DNA of 43,528 bases from a virus. Taxonomy: Duplodnaviria; Caudoviricetes. The stretch covers positions 1-43,528 of the IMG/VR virus record IMGVR_UViG_3300032243_001810, one strand, 5' to 3'. Each line of letters opens with the position of its first letter. The first letter of the stretch is position 1. The translations under genes and the position numbers were made by a program. Shown here piece by piece: positions 38,460 to 43,528 of this stretch. The notes beneath the pieces were generated by a model. That model was not told where the DNA came from, did not search any database, and saw only the letters and a list, made by a program, of their open reading frames with translations.

Positions 38460-39062
38460 TCATCTACCAATGATTTTATCAACAATTCCCAACTTAATTG
38501 CATCTTCAGGAGTTAGATAATAATCATGACCAGATTTCATAATTGATTCAATTTGTTCGATTGACATCTTCGTTTCATTTTGAAGAGAATTTGTCATCAA
38601 ATTGTGAAGTCTCTTATGTTCATTTGTTTCATTTGAAGATTCAAAAACGTTTCCGTAAAATCCCCCAGAAATTGGATGCATCATAAGACGAGCAGATGAT
38701 CCAATCATTCTCTTACCTTTAACTCCTGAAGCTAACAAAAGAACACCAGCAGACATGACCTTGCCTAAGGCGATTGTATGAACTGGACATGGTAGGAACT
38801 TGATAGTATCATAAAGAGAGAACATTTCATCTACTGATCCACCATAGGTGGAAACTACAAGATGAATTGGTTTATGATTTTGGTTTGCTAGATACAACAA
38901 TTGAACTATGGTTGCTGCAATAGACTGTTCGCTAACTCCTCCATATAAAACTACTATACGAGAATCTTCATGAGGAGATATCATGATGTTTGAATCATGA
39001 TCATCAGAATTAGTCTTTCTAGAAGGACCGCCTAAATTTTGTGGTTCAACTGATCGTCCCAT
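38460..39062 (-). CDS. clpP: ATP-dependent Clp protease proteolytic subunit
   Basis: QLLYL..PI.L.VST.GGSV, YDTI, G.VMSAG (catalytic Ser), R....AR.MMHP (His), DYYLTPE.A..LGIVD.I (Asp). Confidence 0.92.
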   Translation of the reverse strand: MGRSVEPQNLGGPSRKTNSDDHDSNIMISPHEDSRIVVLYGGVSEQSIAATIVQLLYLANQNHKPIHLVVSTYGGSVDEMFSLYDTIKFLPCPVHTIALGKVMSAGVLLLASGVKGKRMIGSSARLMMHPISGGFYGNVFESSNETNEHKRLHNLMTNSLQNETKMSIEQIESIMKSGHDYYLTPEDAIKLGIVDKIIGR

Positions 39063-39291
39063 CTTGTTCCTTTTTTGCTGAAATAAAAATTTCGTCCCCT
39101 ACAATTTCTTTTATAACATTAGTCAATGATTGAACTTGTTCAATATCTTCTAATTCCATTGCCAACAAGTATATTAAAAACTTTTGTTGTCTTTGCGTTA
39201 AACCTACATTAAGAATTTCTTTTATTATTCTACGACAATCTTCATTCTCACGAGCAAGTTTTTCAGAGTTTAATTGACCGTAAGTTTGCAT
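39046..39291 (-). CDS. Hypothetical protein
   Basis: 81 aa helical ORF overlapping the clpP start. Confidence 0.6.
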   Translation of the reverse strand: MQTYGQLNSEKLARENEDCRRIIKEILNVGLTQRQQKFLIYLLAMELEDIEQVQSLTNVIKEIVGDEIFISAKKEQDGTIS

Positions 39292-39297
39292 TGTTGA

Positions 39298-39771
39298 TTA
39301 ACCTATCATTTCTTTTCTAATGTGAGAATCTACCTTAAATAACGTTTCTCCTACAATCCTAACATATTTTATTGTTCGCTGGTCATCTTCTAAATCGTTA
39401 GTTAGAATTATATGATCTCCCCATCTTTTGTTTTCAACAATATACTGGGCTTGTTCCCATGTAGGCAAATCGCATAAATGTCTTTCAAGAATTGATATCA
39501 AACCAGGGTTCATGCTTGGTTTAATGTCTTCAATCGTTATAATCGAAGACATTGCTTCTTTTCCAGACATTATCTCAGATGTACAAATATCTGTAATCTT
39601 ATGAATTATTCCGCAATTATTGCATTGTGCATACTTTTGCTTTACTACATCATCAATGATCTCTGAAAAGACCATGAACCTGTGTTGTTTATTCTCTAGA
39701 TCTTTAGAGTTTTTAAATTGAGGTAGTATGCATCTACATTTTATGAGATGCTTTTGGCCAAATGTTGCCAT
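39298..39771 (-). CDS. Hypothetical protein with putative Zn-binding residues
   Basis: HLIKCRC..QCNNCG..H..DIC; operonic with clpP. Confidence 0.65.
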   Translation of the reverse strand: MATFGQKHLIKCRCILPQFKNSKDLENKQHRFMVFSEIIDDVVKQKYAQCNNCGIIHKITDICTSEIMSGKEAMSSIITIEDIKPSMNPGLISILERHLCDLPTWEQAQYIVENKRWGDHIILTNDLEDDQRTIKYVRIVGETLFKVDSHIRKEMIG

Positions 39772-39786
39772 AACCTTTTTATCAAA

Positions 39787-40062
39787 CTACTTTCTTTTTT
39801 TTAAAGAAGCAGAAGAATCTGTATCACCAGAAGCAACAGCCGTAGAAGTAGAAGCAACCTTAACTCTATTTGTAAAGTTTTTATGACCCTTGCTAAATCC
39901 TTCATTAATAGAAGAATCAATCAATGTCATAATTACAGGAAGCACTTCTGGATTTAACTTTAGTTGACCAGTATTAACTGCTACGACAAAATTCTTCTTG
40001 GTTGTTTCTTTAGCAACATCCATTAACTCCCAAGCAATTTTATCAATGTTATTATTAGACAT
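39787..40062 (-). CDS. Hypothetical protein
   Basis: 91 aa ORF heading the clpP operon. Confidence 0.55.
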   Translation of the reverse strand: MSNNNIDKIAWELMDVAKETTKKNFVVAVNTGQLKLNPEVLPVIMTLIDSSINEGFSKGHKNFTNRVKVASTSTAVASGDTDSSASLKKRK

Positions 40063-40101
40063 ATTTATATGTTAAGCTTCATACTTAAAAAGTAAACAAA
40101 T

Positions 40102-41010
40102 ATGTCTACAAAAAAATCATCTGTCGATAGTTTTTCATTGTTATCAGAATTAGCTGCAAAAGCTACATTGATAGAAAAATTTGTTGAATCAAAAACTTTT
40201 TATGAAAAAATATCAAATGATATTGCTAAATCAATTATTTTAGAAGCAGATGCTGAAAAACAAAAAGTATACGATAATGAAATTAAGCAATCATTTATTA
40301 ATTTGTGCGCAGGATTAGCTGGAGGATTACCTAAAGAAGCCGGCTCTATAAGATCATTTTTAGATAATGCTAAAAATTCATTAGGCGATATAGATGTATC
40401 TAAGCAAAACTTTAATCGATCTGTCGAACAAGAAAAGTTATATGCAATTGCAGATACTATTAAAAATGTTGTCGATGGTATAAAAAGCACAACAAGAACT
40501 GTGGTTGGAGCTGGGGTTTCTGGTCGACAAATAAAATCTTCAGATATACAAGGAAATTTTGCGGTAACATCAAAAGCTAAAGGTGCTAGTCAAATAGCTA
40601 GCGAATTAGGTTTCAATCCTGGATCTTTTGCTGAAGAATTAGCTGGTTTATCTGCCAACGAAGAAGGTAAAAAAACATTAAAAAGTTTATCAGGAAGAGC
40701 TCCTAACGTTGCCGCTCCAAAAGAACCACCAAAAGAAGAAGAGACTGATCAAAACAAAGAAAAATTAAATTTTGATGAATTTTTAAATAATGCTATAGAA
40801 AGTAATGAAGAAAAATATTCAAAATTTAAATCCGATTTTTCTATGTATCTTAAAGATGACGTCGGAGTTTCGGCGTTGTCTTTAAAAGATTTTAAAATCT
40901 TACTTGATAAAGGACTTTTAGATAAAGGAAAAGCAAAAGCTTTAGTAGATCAATTTATAAAAAATCATCCAGATTTAGATCCTAGAAAACAAGAAAAAAC
41001 TTCAACTTGA
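40102..41010 (+). CDS. Hypothetical protein, possibly a late/internal head protein
   Basis: 302 aa plus-strand ORF; preceded by ATATTTA (40061-40067) and ATACTTA (40081-40087); contains ILE-AD, which resembles a gp21 cleavage site. Confidence 0.6.
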   Translation: MSTKKSSVDSFSLLSELAAKATLIEKFVESKTFYEKISNDIAKSIILEADAEKQKVYDNEIKQSFINLCAGLAGGLPKEAGSIRSFLDNAKNSLGDIDVSKQNFNRSVEQEKLYAIADTIKNVVDGIKSTTRTVVGAGVSGRQIKSSDIQGNFAVTSKAKGASQIASELGFNPGSFAEELAGLSANEEGKKTLKSLSGRAPNVAAPKEPPKEEETDQNKEKLNFDEFLNNAIESNEEKYSKFKSDFSMYLKDDVGVSALSLKDFKILLDKGLLDKGKAKALVDQFIKNHPDLDPRKQEKTST

Positions 41011-42201
41011 TAAAAAACAATCAATTAATGTGATATGTTTCATTAACATATCAGAATGTATATCAGCTATTTTATCAGAAGCAAATAAAGTACTTTCAGC
41101 AGTAATTCCATAATCTAATATAGATTTAAAAGATCTCAATGCATAATCTATGATTTGAGAATTATGAATATAAGAAGAATCATCAGGCAATCTAATGATA
41201 ACATTTGAATTAGTCAATGATTTAATTCTATCATTGATCAATGATCCAATTTCTTCATGTTTAGAATCTCTTTTTTCAATCAAAGATTTAATATGAGAAT
41301 TTACAGAACTTCTAGTTTTAGAATTCTTTATGACAATTGAATCATTTATTATTGTTGCTTCATCTACTTGAACAGCATCATTGATACAAATTGTGCTTAT
41401 TAGATTTCCTAAATCTGCAGATACTGGAGTTGTACCAGATACCACGCACATATCTGTAATCGTATTTATCCCATCTAGATCAAAATTAATGACTAAAGGA
41501 TAAACAAACATAGTTGATCTTTCTCTATTTATTTTAGTCGTAGTTATGACATCTTCATGCATGCCACGAGAGACTAAAATCAAAGGATGTTTGATAGAAG
41601 CTGCTCCTTCCAACAAGCGATTAATCTCAGAAACAGATTCTATGTAACCATCTATAAAAATGATTCTGGGTTTAGAAAGTTTAATTGGTTTTAAGCTAGC
41701 TACTTTGTTATGTTTGAAATTATATCCATCAATTAATTCAATTGAAAGCTTTTCATTTAAGCTTTTTTCAATAGAAATTTTGCCTCTAAATCCAGCCAGA
41801 CTTATAGATTCAAAAATGACAGAATTTAAAATTGAGTTGTCAGAAATATTCTTAATTAAATTTTGTAGATCTTTTGTTGTTGCACACAATGAAGTTATGT
41901 TCTCAACGTTTAACTGAGATTTTTCTTCATATTTTTCTTTAAAAGCATGTAAAGTCTTAACAAAAGATCCCGGCGATATTGTTTCAGCTTTGAAACAATA
42001 ATCTATAAAAATTTTATGAATAGATTTTTTTAGTGGATCTTTAAATTTTTTATCTGAACAAACTTGTAAAGGAGTCTTTACTAAAACTTTATTTTTATCT
42101 GTTTTTAGTATAGAATCTTGTGCTGTTTTTGCTAAAAAACATAATTGATTTAAAACTTCAGACGTGGCTGATGCCACGTCTGATTTTAGATAAACAGACA
42201 T
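41002..42201 (-). CDS. Degenerate GroEL/Cpn60-like chaperonin (apical and intermediate domains recognisable)
   Basis: AG..GKISIEKS..IELIDGYNF..L.KP.I.FIDG.IES.SEI..LLE....K.PL.LV.RG..EDV..T..N mirrors the GroEL apical domain; L..RI..L..V.IR follows. No GDGTTT motif. Confidence 0.7.
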   Translation of the reverse strand: MSVYLKSDVASATSEVLNQLCFLAKTAQDSILKTDKNKVLVKTPLQVCSDKKFKDPLKKSIHKIFIDYCFKAETISPGSFVKTLHAFKEKYEEKSQLNVENITSLCATTKDLQNLIKNISDNSILNSVIFESISLAGFRGKISIEKSLNEKLSIELIDGYNFKHNKVASLKPIKLSKPRIIFIDGYIESVSEINRLLEGAASIKHPLILVSRGMHEDVITTTKINRERSTMFVYPLVINFDLDGINTITDMCVVSGTTPVSADLGNLISTICINDAVQVDEATIINDSIVIKNSKTRSSVNSHIKSLIEKRDSKHEEIGSLINDRIKSLTNSNVIIRLPDDSSYIHNSQIIDYALRSFKSILDYGITAESTLFASDKIADIHSDMLMKHITLIDCFLSS

Positions 42202-42231
42202 AGTTTAAATTTACATTTTTAAGATAAATGT

Positions 42232-42858
42232 TCAAACTATTTTCATATGTCCAGAGATATAATCGTAGATCAATTTTCCAATAGTACTAAGTAAACCACC
42301 ACCAACAGAAACTGAAATCCATTTTATTGCAGTGTTATATCGTGATATCGACTTTTGTATATCTTTAATGATATTATCATGTTCGACTAGTAGCTTGTCA
42401 TTATCGTTTAAGTGAATTTCTTCTTTTTCAGATAATTTCTCTTCAGAAGATTTCCACACTTTGATTTCATGAACTTCTTTTTGGATATCGTCGATAACAT
42501 CTTCTCCGATTTTATCATTTTCAACAGCTTTAATTCTAGCGTATATGCCGTTGTCAGGTTCATAAAGTACGTTATGAATTTCATCAACCTTTTCTACTAA
42601 CTTTTCTTGAGATTTTTCAATGTTTTCTACTTTAAAAAGAAGTGTTGTGAATCCTCCGTTCATCGCAGGAGCTGCAAGAATTTTATCTTGCATTTCAAGG
42701 ATTTGACGGTAATTCTTTTCTACGCTAGATAACATTTTAGATTCCTGATCAGATTCTTCTTTTTTGATATCTGTACTTTTTTCAGGAAAAGCGTTTCGCT
42801 TTGATTTTGAGAGGTATTGCGCACGTACTTTTTTTTCTGTTTTTAAACTTTTAGGCAT
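42232..42858 (-). CDS. Coiled-coil protein with a single C-terminal hydrophobic segment (possible membrane protein)
   Basis: ATG 42858 after GAGAGG; heptad-like region; AIKWISVSVGGGLLSTIGKLIY near the C-terminus. Confidence 0.6.
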   Translation of the reverse strand: MPKSLKTEKKVRAQYLSKSKRNAFPEKSTDIKKEESDQESKMLSSVEKNYRQILEMQDKILAAPAMNGGFTTLLFKVENIEKSQEKLVEKVDEIHNVLYEPDNGIYARIKAVENDKIGEDVIDDIQKEVHEIKVWKSSEEKLSEKEEIHLNDNDKLLVEHDNIIKDIQKSISRYNTAIKWISVSVGGGLLSTIGKLIYDYISGHMKIV

Positions 42859-42984
42859 ATACAACCTCTCATGACATGACTAATATAAAAATCTAGAATA
42901 ATTGACTAGCGGTTAGCTAAATAAAAGAAATAAAGAAATTCAGCTTAAATTAAATATTCTTTAACTTAAGAATTAGAGGAAAAA

Positions 42985-43528
42985 TTGACTAACTTTAATG
43001 AAAGTATTTTTAGCTCGCAACAACCTAAAATAGGTATCCCAGAAGAAGCTAAGGTGGTTTTTGTAGCAGATCTCTTTGCAGAACACTACACCGGTGGAGC
43101 TGAGTTAACTACTCAAGCATTAATTGACGAATGCCCTCTTCAATATGTCAAAATCTTTTCCAGGGATCTGAACATCGGTCTATTAAAAGACGGTGTAGAT
43201 AAGTTCTGGGTGTTCGGTAACTTTGCCCAAATGAATCCAGAACTCATTCCGACAATCATCGGAAACTTGAAGTACACAGTCCTTGAATACGATTACAAGT
43301 TCTGTCGTTATAGATCCCCAGAAAAACATGAATCAGCGGCAGGAAAGCCCTGCGATTGTCCAGAACAGATCAACGGAAAATTGATCTCAGCTTTCTACTA
43401 CGGTTCAAGAGGGCTATGGTGGATGTCAGAGGCACAGAAGCAGAAGTACCTCACGTTGTTCCCGTTTTTATCTGAAAAAGATAATGTGGTTTTATCAAGC
43501 GTATTTTCAAAGAATACTTTAGGGACCA
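42985..43528 (+). CDS. GT-B fold glycosyltransferase (GT4-like), truncated at window end
   Basis: Absent from the ORF track. TTG start after AGAGGA, open to the window end: MTNFNESIF..KVVFVADLFAEHYTGGAELTTQAL..VLEYDYKFC..LWWMSEAQKQKY. The GGAE loop and the (H/Y)DY..C and MS..Q patterns are typical of GT-B N-terminal domains. Confidence 0.75.
   Translation, partial: MTNFNESIFSSQQPKIGIPEEAKVVFVADLFAEHYTGGAELTTQALIDECPLQYVKIFSRDLNIGLLKDGVDKFWVFGNFAQMNPELIPTIIGNLKYTVLEYDYKFCRYRSPEKHESAAGKPCDCPEQINGKLISAFYYGSRGLWWMSEAQKQKYLTLFPFLSEKDNVVLSSVFSKNTLGT

Noticed and set aside
1-43528. Stop-codon reassignment, as in some large phages
   Set aside because: Genes are full length and tightly packed under code 11; TAG, TGA and TAA all end genes at sensible positions (e.g. 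TAG TAA at the end of the gp4-like gene).
1-43528. CRISPR arrays, tRNA or rRNA genes
   Set aside because: Intergenic gaps are short and I saw no repeat-spacer periodicity or cloverleaf; not verified computationally.

Overview
This 43.5 kb window comes from a large, T4-related tailed dsDNA phage (probably uncultured and jumbo-sized) that uses the standard genetic code, with almost all genes on the minus strand. From left to right it has: a fibre/decoration-like gene with a structured GC-rich leader; two free-standing zinc-finger endonucleases; a head morphogenesis module (gp23-like major capsid protein, acidic scaffold, small head proteins, gp21-like prohead protease, gp20-like portal, gp17-like terminase); and a DNA-processing block (single-polypeptide Mre11-Rad50/SbcD-SbcC fusion, primase, RuvC-like resolvase, gp4-like head-completion nuclease). 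Next is an AT-rich block of seven putative baseplate/adsorption proteins (LamG-like, FN3-like and paired tail-collar-like motifs). The right end carries host-like accessory genes (PIN-PhoH, stand-alone sigma-70 region-4 protein, Hc1 histone-like protein, DinG-like helicase, ClpP, degenerate GroEL-like protein) and a truncated GT-B glycosyltransferase. The most interesting observations are: an apparent two-tier expression code (leaderless TANNNT-N6-start for non-structural genes, ATANTTA upstream of structural genes); a candidate cis-regulatory RNA at 606-682; the Mre11-Rad50 fusion with an atypical CX6C hook; an apparently ATPase-dead GroEL; and a possibly split tail-collar domain. All family assignments rest on motif recognition by eye, not database searches. 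No tRNA, rRNA, CRISPR array or intein was seen.
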